Shown here piece after piece: positions 18,931-28,760 of a DNA stretch of 64,000 nucleotides. Source of the DNA: Bacillota bacterium (GTDB lineage Bacteria > Bacillota > Clostridia > TANB77 > CAG-508); NCBI GenBank assembly GCA_052036095.1, contig JBPOHA010000056.1, positions 466-64,465 of the forward strand. The letters run 5' to 3'. Both the position numbers and the translations under genes were made by a program. The notes beneath the pieces were generated by a model that worked only from the letters and a program-made list of their open reading frames with translations, was not told the DNA's origin and ran no database searches. Position 1 is the first letter of the stretch, and each line of letters opens with the position of its first letter.

Positions 18931-21900
18931 GTGAATATATTGGGTAAGATAAAAATTCAAGAAATAGCAAAGAAACTTGAAACAAATAGCAAAGAAATCT
19001 TAGAGATTGCAAAGAAGATTGGAGTAATTGCTAAAACAAGTTCTAGTTCAGTAGAAGAAGATGATGCTAAAAAAATTGAAAGCAATTTTAAGAGAAAAGG
19101 AAAAAAAGAAGAGATAAAGACTACTGGGCAAGTAATAATTAGAAGAGAAGTTATAGTAAATGAAGATGATAAAAAGAATAATAATGTAGTTAGAAATTCA
19201 ACTAAGGTTGGAATTGGTTTTAACGAGACAAGAAATAAAGATTTTAATATTGTTTATAGGGAAAAACCTTTAAAGCCTATGACTGTAAATGAACTATTTG
19301 GAATAAAATCTAAAGCAGAGCCTAAAACTAAGAAAGTAGAGACTCAAAAAATCGAAGAAAAGAAAGATGATAAAGTTGAAGAAAGCAATTCTACAAATGC
19401 AATAGTAAGCAAAGAAGAAAAGAAAGCTAGTGTAGAAAATGCTGATAAGACTATTGTTAATAATGCAAAAAAAGAAATAGAAAATAATGTAGAAATAAAA
19501 GAAAATAGTGCAACAATTTCAAATCAAAGTGCAGAAACTAAAATTTTAAATAACCAAAGTTTGAATAATCAAACTGTCAATAATCAAAATTCAAATAGTC
19601 AAAATACCAATAATAATCAAAGCAAAGAAAATTACAACAAAAATTATAATAATCAAAGTAGAGATAATTATAATAGAAATAGTAATAATCAAAATAGAGA
19701 TGGTTATAATAAGAGTAGCAATTATCAAAATAGAGATAATAATAGAACATATAATAATAGAAATAGTTATGACAATAGAAATAGTAATTATGTGAATAGA
19801 GATAACAACCAACGTAGCAATTATACAAATAGAGATGGATTCTCTAATAGAAACAATACAAATAGAGATGGCTTTGTATCCAGAAATAATAATTATAATA
19901 ATGGAAGCAGAGAAGGTTTCTCAAATAGAAATGCAAATGGTTATAATAGCGAAAATAGAGGATTTCAAGGAAGAAATAATTTCCAAAACCATAATAATTT
20001 CGAAAATAGAGATAACAATTTCCAAAGAAGCGGAAATAACTTTGGCTCTAATAATGGATTCAAAAAAGATTTTAGAAAGCCAATGGGTGGATTTGGCGGA
20101 CCAAGACAAGGAAAAGACGAAGCAGAAAAAATTGAAACTATTGAAAAAGACAATAGAAGAGATTATAGTACAAAAATAATTGATAAACAAAAAGCAAATC
20201 GAAATATTGATGACAACAAGAGGGGAGTAAAAGCTAGAAAAGGATTTGAAGAAGAAGGATTTGATGAAGATAAATTAAGAGATTTAAAACAGGTAGATAG
20301 ATTATCTAATATGTTTGAAGATCAAGAAGGCGGAATGCTTGATTATTATGATTTATCAACAGCCAGAGGAAAAAGAAATAAGAGAAGAATAAGAAAAGAT
20401 GAAGATAGAAATAAACAAAAAATATTTGAATTAAAAGAGATAACAATACCTGCAACAATTTCTGTAAAAGATTTAGCAACAGAATTAAAGAAAACAAGTG
20501 CTGAAGTTGTTAAAAAATTATTTGATTTGGGAATTATGGCAAATATTAATCAAGATCTTGATTTTGATACAGCATATTTAGTAGCAGATAGTTTGGGAAT
20601 TGTGGCTGTACAAAAAGACGAAGTTAAAGATGAAGATATATTATTTGATGATTCTGAAGATAAGGAAGAAAATTTAATTGCAAGACCACCAGTAGTAGTA
20701 GTAATGGGACACGTAGATCACGGAAAAACTTCCCTTCTTGATGCTATTAGAAATACTAATGTAATTGAAGGAGAAGCTGGTGGAATTACCCAACATATAG
20801 GCGCATATAAAGTAACTATTAATGGAAGAGAAATAACATTTTTGGATACTCCAGGGCATGAAGCATTTACTTCAATGCGTGCTAGAGGTGCTAAAATTAC
20901 TGATATAGCAATATTAGTTGTTGCAGCAGATGATGGTGTTATGCCTCAAACTATTGAAGCAATCAATCATGCAAAGGCTGCAGGAATACCAATTGTTGTA
21001 GCAGTTAACAAAATTGATTTACCAGGTGCAAATGTCGATAAAGTTAAACAAGAATTAATGAAATACGAGTTAGTTCCAGAAGAATGGGGAGGAGATACAA
21101 TATTTGTACCAATTTCCGCTAAGAAAAATATCAATATAGATAATTTATTAGAGATGCTACTATTAGTTGCAGATATGCAAAATCTAAGAGCTAATCCTAA
21201 TAGACAATCAAAAGGAACTGTAATAGAAGCAAGACTTGACAAGGCACAAGGACCAGTTGCATCAGTATTGGTACAAAGAGGAACTCTAAATGAAGGTGAT
21301 ACAATTATTTTAGGAAGTTCAATTGGAAAAATTAGAACAATGAAAGATGACAAAGGAAAGAGAATCAAAAAAGCAGGACCTTCAACTCCAGTTGTAATTA
21401 CAGGATTACATGATGTACCACAAGCAGGAGATATATTCTATGAAGTTAAGAATGAAAAAGTTGCAAAACATTTAATAGATCAAAGAAAACTTGAAAATAG
21501 AGAAAAAGTAATTGCAAATACCGATGTAGTAACACTAGATAACTTATTTGAAAAAATGGAAACAGAAGAATTAAAGCAATTTAACATAATATTAAAGACA
21601 GATGTTCAAGGAACTGCAGAAGCAATGAAATCTTCACTTGAAAAATTATCAAATGCTGAAGTAAAAGTTAAAGTAATACATTCAGGCGTTGGTGGTGTTA
21701 CAGAGTCAGATGTACAACTTGCTAAAGCTGCAAAAGCTATAATAATTGCATTCAATGTACGTCCAATAGGTGTAGCTAAAAACCTTGCTGAAAAAGAAGG
21801 AGTAGAGGTTAAGCAATACTCTATTATCTATGAAGCACTAGAAGATGTAGAAAGTGCAATGAAAGGATTGCTTGCTCCAGTATACAAAGAAGTTAATATT

Positions 21901-22179
21901 GGTAATGCAGAAGTAAGACAAATATTCAAGGTTTCAAATGTTGGAACAATTGCTGGATGCTTTGTACTTGATGGAAAACTTGAAAGAAATGCGGGAGTTA
22001 GAGTTATACGTGATAGTGTAGTAATTCACGATGGCAAGTTAATTTCATTAAAGAGATTTAAAGACGATGCAAGAGAAGTATCAAAAGGATTTGAATGTGG
22101 TCTTCAAATTGAAGATTACAATGATATAGCTGTTGGAGATACGATTGAAGCATACATTAAAGAAGAAGTAAAAAGATAA
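18931..22179 (+). CDS. infB: Translation initiation factor IF-2. The probable true start is the TTG at 18940, 8 nt after AGGAGGTG. Has an Asn/Arg/Tyr-rich low-complexity N-terminal insert.
   Basis: G-domain motifs [27 protein letters not shown]-terminal domains conserved. No ylxR/ylxQ ORFs between nusA and infB. Confidence 0.95.
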   Translation: MNILGKIKIQEIAKKLETNSKEILEIAKKIGVIAKTSSSSVEEDDAKKIESNFKRKGKKEEIKTTGQVIIRREVIVNEDDKKNNNVVRNSTKVGIGFNETRNKDFNIVYREKPLKPMTVNELFGIKSKAEPKTKKVETQKIEEKKDDKVEESNSTNAIVSKEEKKASVENADKTIVNNAKKEIENNVEIKENSATISNQSAETKILNNQSLNNQTVNNQNSNSQNTNNNQSKENYNKNYNNQSRDNYNRNSNNQNRDGYNKSSNYQNRDNNRTYNNRNSYDNRNSNYVNRDNNQRSNYTNRDGFSNRNNTNRDGFVSRNNNYNNGSREGFSNRNANGYNSENRGFQGRNNFQNHNNFENRDNNFQRSGNNFGSNNGFKKDFRKPMGGFGGPRQGKDEAEKIETIEKDNRRDYSTKIIDKQKANRNIDDNKRGVKARKGFEEEGFDEDKLRDLKQVDRLSNMFEDQEGGMLDYYDLSTARGKRNKRRIRKDEDRNKQKIFELKEITIPATISVKDLATELKKTSAEVVKKLFDLGIMANINQDLDFDTAYLVADSLGIVAVQKDEVKDEDILFDDSEDKEENLIARPPVVVVMGHVDHGKTSLLDAIRNTNVIEGEAGGITQHIGAYKVTINGREITFLDTPGHEAFTSMRARGAKITDIAILVVAADDGVMPQTIEAINHAKAAGIPIVVAVNKIDLPGANVDKVKQELMKYELVPEEWGGDTIFVPISAKKNINIDNLLEMLLLVADMQNLRANPNRQSKGTVIEARLDKAQGPVASVLVQRGTLNEGDTIILGSSIGKIRTMKDDKGKRIKKAGPSTPVVITGLHDVPQAGDIFYEVKNEKVAKHLIDQRKLENREKVIANTDVVTLDNLFEKMETEELKQFNIILKTDVQGTAEAMKSSLEKLSNAEVKVKVIHSGVGGVTESDVQLAKAAKAIIIAFNVRPIGVAKNLAEKEGVEVKQYSIIYEALEDVESAMKGLLAPVYKEVNIGNAEVRQIFKVSNVGTIAGCFVLDGKLERNAGVRVIRDSVVIHDGKLISLKRFKDDAREVSKGFECGLQIEDYNDIAVGDTIEAYIKEEVKR

Positions 22180-22193
22180 TAAATAAAAAATCC

Positions 22194-22346
22194 TAATATA
22201 GATTATTAATATTGAAAATAATTCAAAATAAAAATAAATATCAAAGTAAGAATAAACTTAAAAGTAAAAATCAAAATAAAAACAAATATCAAAGTAAGAA
22301 TAAACTTAAAAGTAAAATTTAAAATAAATATTAATAATCTATATAA
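22194..22346. repeat. 20-bp terminal inverted repeats (TAATATAGATTATTAATATT / AATATTAATAATCTATATAA) enclosing two 48-bp tandem repeats
   Basis: The reverse complement of 22194-22213 matches 22327-22346 at 19 of 20 positions. The internal unit AAAATAAAAATAAATATCAAAGTAAGAATAAACTTAAAAGTAAAAATC occurs twice. Confidence 0.7.
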
Positions 22347-22373
22347 AGATAGTGTAAATAGGAAAGGTCGAAA

Positions 22374-22748
22374 ATGGCAAAGAATACTAATAGACTTGGA
22401 AGAATTAATGAAGAGTTAAAAAAAGAAATTAGCCAAGTTATAAATTATGAATTGAAAAATAATGACATTACGGGTATGATTAGTGTAACAAGAGTAAATA
22501 TAACACCTGATTTTAGATATGCTAAAGTTTATGTAAGTATACTAAATACAAAAAATTTAAAGCAAACTTTAGATGGATTAAAAAAATCTAGTAAATTTAT
22601 AAGATCAAGAGTTGCAAATACTGTAAATCTAAGAATAACTCCGGAACTAGTATTTGAATATGATGATTCGGATATAGTAGGATCTAAAATTGACGCAATT
22701 TTAAAAGAAATTCATGAAAAAGATGCAAGCATAAAGAAAGAAAAATAA
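22374..22748 (+). CDS. rbfA: Ribosome-binding factor A
   Basis: RLGRINEELKKEISQVI..ITGMISVTRVNITPDFRYAKVYVS is the RbfA signature. Lies downstream of infB. Confidence 0.9.
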   Translation: MAKNTNRLGRINEELKKEISQVINYELKNNDITGMISVTRVNITPDFRYAKVYVSILNTKNLKQTLDGLKKSSKFIRSRVANTVNLRITPELVFEYDDSDIVGSKIDAILKEIHEKDASIKKEK

Positions 22749-22766
22749 TGATAAAAGGAGAAATAA

Positions 22767-23720
22767 ATGTCCACAATAGATGATATATTAAAAAAAATAA
22801 AAAAAGCCAAAAGCATTGTAATACTAACTCATGAAAATCCAGATGGAGACGCAATTGGATCTAGTTTAGCCATGTATACTCAAATTAAGAGTATGAAGAA
22901 AAATGTAGATTTAATTATTCCTTCATATCCAAAAATATTTAATGTTCTAGCAGACATATCTGAAGCTAAAAAAGAAGGAAAAGAAGAACCTTATGATTTA
23001 GCAATATCAGTAGATTGTGCTACTATAAAATTATTAAATGGATGGTCAAGTTATTTTGAAAATTCAAATTTTAAGATAGCAATAGATCATCATAGTACAA
23101 ATGATATGTTTGGAGATTTTAATTATGTGGACTTAAGTTCACCAGCATGTGCACAAGTAATCTATATGATGTTTAAACATTATGGATGGAAAATTACTCC
23201 TGAAATAGGAACAGACTTAATGACAGGAATTATTACAGACACAGGAGGATTTCAATATTCAGGAGTATCAAAAGAAACTTTTGAAATAGCATCTGAATTG
23301 TTGTCAAAAGGTGTAAACATTTCAAAAATTTATAAGCAAGTCATGGAAACAAAAACAATGGCAAACTTTAAATTAAGAAAAATTGCATTAGATAGAATGG
23401 AATTTTTAGAAGATGGAAAGATCACATTTACATATATAACTAAAGAAGATGAAAAAGATACTAATGCTGAAACAGGTGACTATGAAGGAATCGTTAATGA
23501 GGGCAGAGCTATTGAAGGAGTAGAAGTTTCAATATTCCTTCATGAGATGAATAATGGATTTAAAGCCTCATTAAGAGCTAATAATTATGTTAACGTTTCA
23601 GATGTTTGCCTAATGTTTGGCGGTGGAGGACATATAAAAGCTGCTGGAGCAACAATGCAGGGGACTCCAAAACAAATAAAAGATAAATTAGTAAAAGAAA
23701 TAAAATTGCAATTAAAATAA
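22767..23720 (+). CDS. nrnA: DHH/DHHA1 phosphoesterase (bifunctional oligoribonuclease / pAp phosphatase NrnA)
   Basis: LTHENPDGDAIGS, DHH (AIDHHS) and C-terminal GGGH (MFGGGGHIKAAG) motifs. Confidence 0.85.
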   Translation: MSTIDDILKKIKKAKSIVILTHENPDGDAIGSSLAMYTQIKSMKKNVDLIIPSYPKIFNVLADISEAKKEGKEEPYDLAISVDCATIKLLNGWSSYFENSNFKIAIDHHSTNDMFGDFNYVDLSSPACAQVIYMMFKHYGWKITPEIGTDLMTGIITDTGGFQYSGVSKETFEIASELLSKGVNISKIYKQVMETKTMANFKLRKIALDRMEFLEDGKITFTYITKEDEKDTNAETGDYEGIVNEGRAIEGVEVSIFLHEMNNGFKASLRANNYVNVSDVCLMFGGGGHIKAAGATMQGTPKQIKDKLVKEIKLQLK

Positions 23721-24027
23721 ATACATACTTTAGATGAACAAATAATATATATGAAATATAAATGAATATAAAGCAATATAGCATATATATATTCAAAGGC
23801 TCAGCTAGATTAGATAAAATTTTACAAACGTTAATAGCGGAGTAAAATTTTATTTAGTTTTAATATTTATTTATAAATATTACACTTTGCTTTATAATAT
23901 AAATACAGCAATATATTATTATATGAAACTTTTAGGTTTACAGATAGAGAGATTAAAATAAATTTTAACAAAATTTATCTTACGTTTTCTAAGAATAATT
24001 AGAATAAAAATATATTAGGAGAAAGAT

Positions 24028-25011
24028 ATGGACGGATTAATAATAGTAGACAAGCCAATTGGAAAAACATCATTTGATATGGTTCATGAAATAAGAAAAA
24101 AATATAATATACAAAAAGTAGGGCATATAGGCACTTTAGATCCATTAGCAACAGGAGTATTGCCTATATTAATTGGTCAAGCAACAAAACTTTCTGATTA
24201 TTTAATGGAACATGACAAAGAATATATAGCAACTTTAAAATTGGGACAAGCCACAGAAACAGGAGATCAAGAGGGAAAAATAATAGAAGAAAAAGAAGTT
24301 CCTAATTTAGGAAAAATTGATATACAAAGAATTTTGAATGAAAACTTCATAGGTGAGCAAATGCAAGTGCCACCAATGTATTCTGCTATTAAAGTAAATG
24401 GAAAAAAATTATATGAGCTAGCTCGCAAAGGTGAAAAAATAGATGTAGCACCTAGAAAAATAAATATTTTTGAGATTGAATATTTAGAAAAAGACGTGAC
24501 AATGAATGATAGCAAAAATCTATTATTAGATGAAGAAGAAAATGAAGAATCTAATAAGATGGCAAACCTAGAAATGATAAAAAAAGAAGGCACAACAAAA
24601 AATACTATAACTTTTAGAGTAGTATGTTCTAAGGGAACATATATACGAGTATTATGTGAAGATATTGCTAAAAAAATAGGAACATGTGGATATATGGAAT
24701 CTTTAAGAAGAACTCGAGTTGGTGATTTTAAAATTGAAGAAACGGGAAAATTTATTGATCTTAAGGATTTATTAAAAGTACCTAATGTAAATATAGAAAA
24801 TAATGATATGAAGAAATTGTTAAATGGAGTTCCTATAGAAATAAATAATACAGAGATTTCAAAAAATGAAAATAAAAATGATGATGAACATAAAATGGAA
24901 AAAATAAATAAAAATGAAACTTTATATTTAGTTAATATTTATAATAATGAAAAATTTGTTGGAATTGGTGAGATAAAAAACAATTTCTTAAAAAGAAAAA
25001 TATTAGTATAA
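24028..25011 (+). CDS. truB: tRNA pseudouridine(55) synthase TruB with a C-terminal extension
   Basis: GLIIVDKPIGKTSFDMV..HIGTLDPLATGVLPILIG. The catalytic Asp lies in GTLDP. Confidence 0.92.
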   Translation: MDGLIIVDKPIGKTSFDMVHEIRKKYNIQKVGHIGTLDPLATGVLPILIGQATKLSDYLMEHDKEYIATLKLGQATETGDQEGKIIEEKEVPNLGKIDIQRILNENFIGEQMQVPPMYSAIKVNGKKLYELARKGEKIDVAPRKINIFEIEYLEKDVTMNDSKNLLLDEEENEESNKMANLEMIKKEGTTKNTITFRVVCSKGTYIRVLCEDIAKKIGTCGYMESLRRTRVGDFKIEETGKFIDLKDLLKVPNVNIENNDMKKLLNGVPIEINNTEISKNENKNDDEHKMEKINKNETLYLVNIYNNEKFVGIGEIKNNFLKRKILV

Positions 25012-25080
25012 TTATTATAGAAAAATTATGTCTTTTTTAAATGATTATAAAAATAGATAAAAAGTATTCAAGTTGGCAAA

Positions 25081-25290
25081 AAAAAAAGCCCCCATGTTGG
25101 CCGTAAGCTTAAGAATTTTAAGAGCCTGTTTACACAGGTGGGTGTCTTGTTAAATACTTATGGGCTTCTTACTAAGTAAGCATGCACGCCATATTTAAAG
25201 GCAGACTCCCTTTAATCTAAATGTTGGTTCTAAAATCTTAAACTACACGCACCACACAGGGAATAATCTTTACTGTACTTATAGAGTATC
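25081..25290. ncRNA. Candidate structured non-coding RNA: a GC-rich ORF-free island
   Basis: About 45% GC against about 25% in the flanks. No ORF longer than 20 codons on either strand. Several local hairpins (CCUGUuuacaCAGG; CUUACuaaGUAAG) and a possible long-range pairing GGGUGUCU/AGACUCCC. The minus-strand version ends GGGGGC(U)9. Confidence 0.3.
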
Positions 25291-25360
25291 ATAATTTCTT
25301 TTTAAAAGCAATAGATTTTTGAAAAATTCACAATAAATATACACTATTAAAAATTGTTTT

Positions 25361-25560
25361 AAAAGTATTGCAAAAAGAAAATAGATACTGGGTGCTTATG
25401 ACGGCCTTGGTTTCCGTCCAATTTTATACTTGTAGCGCTGAACCCTAATAATACAATATTTGGAAATAGAATTAAGAAAGGAAATCGTATGGCTTCAAAG
25501 AGAAGAAGGTAGGAAGCGAATGAGTTCACAGTACCAAAAGGTGATATGTTTCACACACTT
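25361..25560 (+). pseudogene. Remnant of an FGE-domain pilin-like gene cassette: promoter 5' half fused to a 16-codon C-terminal fragment (..GAYDGLGFRPILYL*) plus the conserved 3' element
   Basis: 25362-25389 matches 4288-4314 (the -35 and spacer). 25408-25557 is about 90% identical to 5745-5880. The -10 and almost all of the coding sequence are absent. Confidence 0.65.
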
Positions 25561-25565
25561 TTACA

Positions 25566-25600
25566 GGACTAGTCTTGCCGGACTAGTCCTTATTTTATTT
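25566..25600 (+). terminator. Intrinsic terminator (GGACTAGTC..GACTAGTCC + TTATTTTATTT)
   Basis: 9-bp perfect stem followed by a U-rich tract, immediately after the cassette remnant. Confidence 0.65.
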
Positions 25601-25873
25601 AAAATAAGGACTATAAGGTTATGTAAATAAGAAGGAGAACTAGAATGAAATAGAAATTTAAAGTATTCTATTTTAAAACATGTATTTACTTTTAAAATTC
25701 ACACACAATTATTTACGTTATTTTTTTAGAATTTTATGTTTATTTTTTTTCATTAATGTGTTATTATTAAAAGGAAAAATTTGCAAAATAAATATAATTA
25801 ATTTACAATAATTATAATGGCTAAAAATAATATATGCAATTAAATAAAAACATAATAAGCTAAGGAGAAAAAC

Positions 25874-26725
25874 TTGAAAAATAAAAAAACGACGATAGTT
25901 ATAAAAGGAAAGACAAATACTAGATATAATATATTTTATAAGTTAGTAGCTACAATTGTATTAATTGTAATTTTTATAATATTGCTCACAAATTTAATAA
26001 TTAATAAAGTAACAAATAATAAATTTGCACAAGAAGCAAATGAGTTTTCAAAAATGAATGCAACTACTGTTTTTAGTATAGATAAAATCTATATGTACAG
26101 TAGTGCTAGTGCGACGAGTAATCAAGACACTAGACCTATATGGAATTTAGATGTAAGCCAATATACAGATATTGCATTATACATAAATAATAGACCATTA
26201 GAAGGACAGAATTATGAAAATTCTATAAAAGAGATGTACATAAGCAATGTTAAATTTGTAGGACCAGAAGTAGGAACTCCTACGATTTATTACAAAAATA
26301 TTAATAACTTTGGAAAGATTAATTCTACTGAAGATTATAAGATAGAGGATAAGCTAGAATATGATGTAATTAAAGAGGGAGATGTTGATTATAGCAAACC
26401 TCAAATATTTAGTAACTGTCAAAATCCAATAACATTAGAATATATAAACAAAGATATTAAACAGAATACAATAATTTCTGATATTAGCTCAGAAATTAAG
26501 TTTGATGGAAGTATATTAAGAAGAACTGGAGTTATATTGGATACTATAAGTTCTACGCTTTCATTTAAAATAACAATTATTAATTATTATAATCAAGAAT
26601 TTGTAACAAATGTATATATTGATATTCCTTTAAGGGATACAGTAAATAATGCTACTATATATAATAGTAATATAGTAAAAAAGTTAGAAAGCACTAATTT
26701 AATAAAATTTTTTAGAATAAAATAG
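25874..26725 (+). CDS. Hypothetical signal-anchored protein (TTG start)
   Basis: 283 aa, one N-terminal TM, N/Y/T-rich, no recognisable motif. Confidence 0.3.
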   Translation: MKNKKTTIVIKGKTNTRYNIFYKLVATIVLIVIFIILLTNLIINKVTNNKFAQEANEFSKMNATTVFSIDKIYMYSSASATSNQDTRPIWNLDVSQYTDIALYINNRPLEGQNYENSIKEMYISNVKFVGPEVGTPTIYYKNINNFGKINSTEDYKIEDKLEYDVIKEGDVDYSKPQIFSNCQNPITLEYINKDIKQNTIISDISSEIKFDGSILRRTGVILDTISSTLSFKITIINYYNQEFVTNVYIDIPLRDTVNNATIYNSNIVKKLESTNLIKFFRIK

Positions 26726-26846
26726 CTAGTGTTTAATATATATCACTTGAAAGTAAAAGAAATATTAATAAGTTAAAAATTTATAGTTTTTATCACAATA
26801 AAAAAATTTTAGAAATAAAAAATTAAACGGAAGGAAAGTTGGAGAA

Positions 26847-27674
26847 ATGAAAATTAAAGAAGCTATGAAAGATGTAAAAGAAAATATAGGATATATAGAG
26901 TCAAAAATGTTGATGGAATATACATTAAATGAAGATGAAAATTATTTAATTATTAATGCAGAAAAAGATTTAACTAATGAACAAGAAGAAAATTTTAAAA
27001 AGTATGTTGAAGAAGTAATAGATGGAAAACCCCTACAATATATAACGCACTCACAAGAATTTATGGAAACAAAATTTTATGTAGATGAAAATGTACTAAT
27101 CCCTCAGCCAGATACAGAATCAGTCGTTCAATATGCAATACAAAAAATACAGAGATTTTTTGCAAAAGAGAATAAAGTTGTTAGAATTTTAGATTTATGC
27201 ACTGGGAGTGGAGCAATAGCTATTTCATTAAAAAAATATATGGATATGCTACATATAAATTGTGAAGTAACAGCTTCAGATATTAGCAAAGAAGCATTAA
27301 AAGCAGCACAGAAAAATTGCAAAGAAATACTTAGAAATAATGATATTAAATTAGTGGAGTCTGATATGTTTGAAAAAATAGAAGGGACATTTGATATAAT
27401 AATATCAAATCCACCATATATTAAAACAGACGTAATAAAAGATCTTCCAATTGATGTGCAAAATGAACCTGAAATTGCACTAGACGGTGGCAAAGATGGT
27501 TTAGACTTTTATAGAAAAATACGTGAAAATGTAGAAAGATATTTGACACCAGAAGGATATATATTTATGGAAATAGGATACGATGAGGCTTTAGATGTGA
27601 TGAGAATATTTAGAAACTCAGAGTGTTTTAAAGATTATAATAAAAATGATAGAGTAATTATTTGGCAAAAATAA
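26847..27674 (+). CDS. prmC: Release factor glutamine N5-methyltransferase
   Basis: LDLCTGSGAIAIS and NPPY (IISNPPYIKTD) motifs, HemK-family length. prfA is not adjacent. Confidence 0.85.
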   Translation: MKIKEAMKDVKENIGYIESKMLMEYTLNEDENYLIINAEKDLTNEQEENFKKYVEEVIDGKPLQYITHSQEFMETKFYVDENVLIPQPDTESVVQYAIQKIQRFFAKENKVVRILDLCTGSGAIAISLKKYMDMLHINCEVTASDISKEALKAAQKNCKEILRNNDIKLVESDMFEKIEGTFDIIISNPPYIKTDVIKDLPIDVQNEPEIALDGGKDGLDFYRKIRENVERYLTPEGYIFMEIGYDEALDVMRIFRNSECFKDYNKNDRVIIWQK

Positions 27675-27742
27675 AGAAGGCAAAGTAAGTATTTGTAAGA
27701 CTAAAAAAAGAATAATTATAAATATTATAAGGAGGATAATTG

Positions 27743-28600
27743 ATGGAATCTTTTTCAGCTAGCATAAAGCAAGAAATAGCTACAATAAATAATTTGAAAA
27801 ATAAAAATCTAGTTAGAGCTGAATTAATTGGATATTTTTTGACGATTTCATCAAATAAATTTATAACAGAAAGTGAATATAATATTAACAGATTTGCAAA
27901 ATTATTGAGTAATATTGATGTAAACAATTATACAATAGAAATGCAAGGAAAGAAATTTTGTATTAAGCTAAAAAATATAAATAAAATATTTGGAAGTTTG
28001 GAAATAGACGACAACAATGAAGAAGAAGTAAAAGCCATGACAAGAGGTGCTTTTTTAGGAGGAGGGACAATCACAAATCCTTCAAATGTATATCATTTGC
28101 AACTTAATTTACAAAATGAAAAAGATGCAGAATTTTTAAAGTTAACTTTAAAAAAATATGATATAAATGTAAAAAGTGGAGAAAGCAAAGCTACTCCTAT
28201 TTTATACATAAAAGAAGGAGAAATGATTTCAAGTTTTTTAGCTTTTATTGGAGCAAATAAATCAGTATTAGAGTTTGAAGACACAAGAGTAATAAAAGAT
28301 GTAAGAAATAATGTTAATAGATTAGTAAATTGTGAAACAGCTAATATTAATAAGACCATTACATCATCAGTAAAACAAATAGAAGATATAAAATTAATAA
28401 AGGAAAAACACAAATTTGATAAGTTATCCGAAAAAGAGCAAGAGTTAGCTGAATTAAGATTGAAAAATCCAAGAGCAACTTTGGACGAACTAGGAAAAAT
28501 GCTAAATCCAAGCCTTGGAAAATCAGGTGTAAATCATAGATTATCTGAAATAAAGAAAAAAGCGGATGAGCTAAAAAAAGCAGAAAATAGAGTTCATTAA
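27743..28600 (+). CDS. whiA: Sporulation/division regulator WhiA (ATG at 27743 follows GGAGG)
   Basis: Degenerate LAGLIDADG-type N-domain (RGAFLGGGTITNPSNVYHLQ) and a C-terminal HTH (ATLDELGKMLNPSLGKSGVNHRLSEI). Confidence 0.85.
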   Translation: MESFSASIKQEIATINNLKNKNLVRAELIGYFLTISSNKFITESEYNINRFAKLLSNIDVNNYTIEMQGKKFCIKLKNINKIFGSLEIDDNNEEEVKAMTRGAFLGGGTITNPSNVYHLQLNLQNEKDAEFLKLTLKKYDINVKSGESKATPILYIKEGEMISSFLAFIGANKSVLEFEDTRVIKDVRNNVNRLVNCETANINKTITSSVKQIEDIKLIKEKHKFDKLSEKEQELAELRLKNPRATLDELGKMLNPSLGKSGVNHRLSEIKKKADELKKAENRVH

Positions 28601-28644
28601 AACAGAATATTATAAAGTATATAAAAGATAAACAGTAAGAAGTA

Positions 28645-28740
28645 AAATAAGCATATATTGGAAATGTAAAAGTAATAAATAAGCATATATTGGAAATATA
28701 ACAGTAATAAATAAGCATATATTGAAAATGTAAAAGTAAA
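28645..28740 (+). repeat. Three tandem 32-bp direct repeats (AATAAGCATATATTGGAAATGTAAAAGTAATA) immediately upstream of hemW
   Basis: Direct reading: 28645-28676, 28677-28708 and 28709-28740 with 2-4 substitutions each. Confidence 0.8.
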
Positions 28741-28760
28741 AAATGAATGAAGGTGAAAAA

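Noticed and set aside
19577-20190. ORFs 19577-19828(-), 19591-19812(-), 19835-20179(+), 19921-20190(-) and 19965-20153(-) within infB
   Set aside because: All overlap the Asn/Tyr-rich low-complexity part of IF-2 in other frames. Compositional artefacts.
22225-22320. Tandem direct repeats as a possible CRISPR array (also 28645-28740, 43405-43552)
   Set aside because: The units are contiguous with no unique spacers, AT-rich and non-palindromic, with no cas genes. Simple tandem repeats.
25081-25290. tRNA, RNase P RNA or T-box identity for the GC-rich island
   Set aside because: No GTTCRA T-loop motif, no AGGAAAGUCC (RNase P P4) and no T-box AGGGUGGNACC sequence is present. Left as an unclassified ncRNA candidate.
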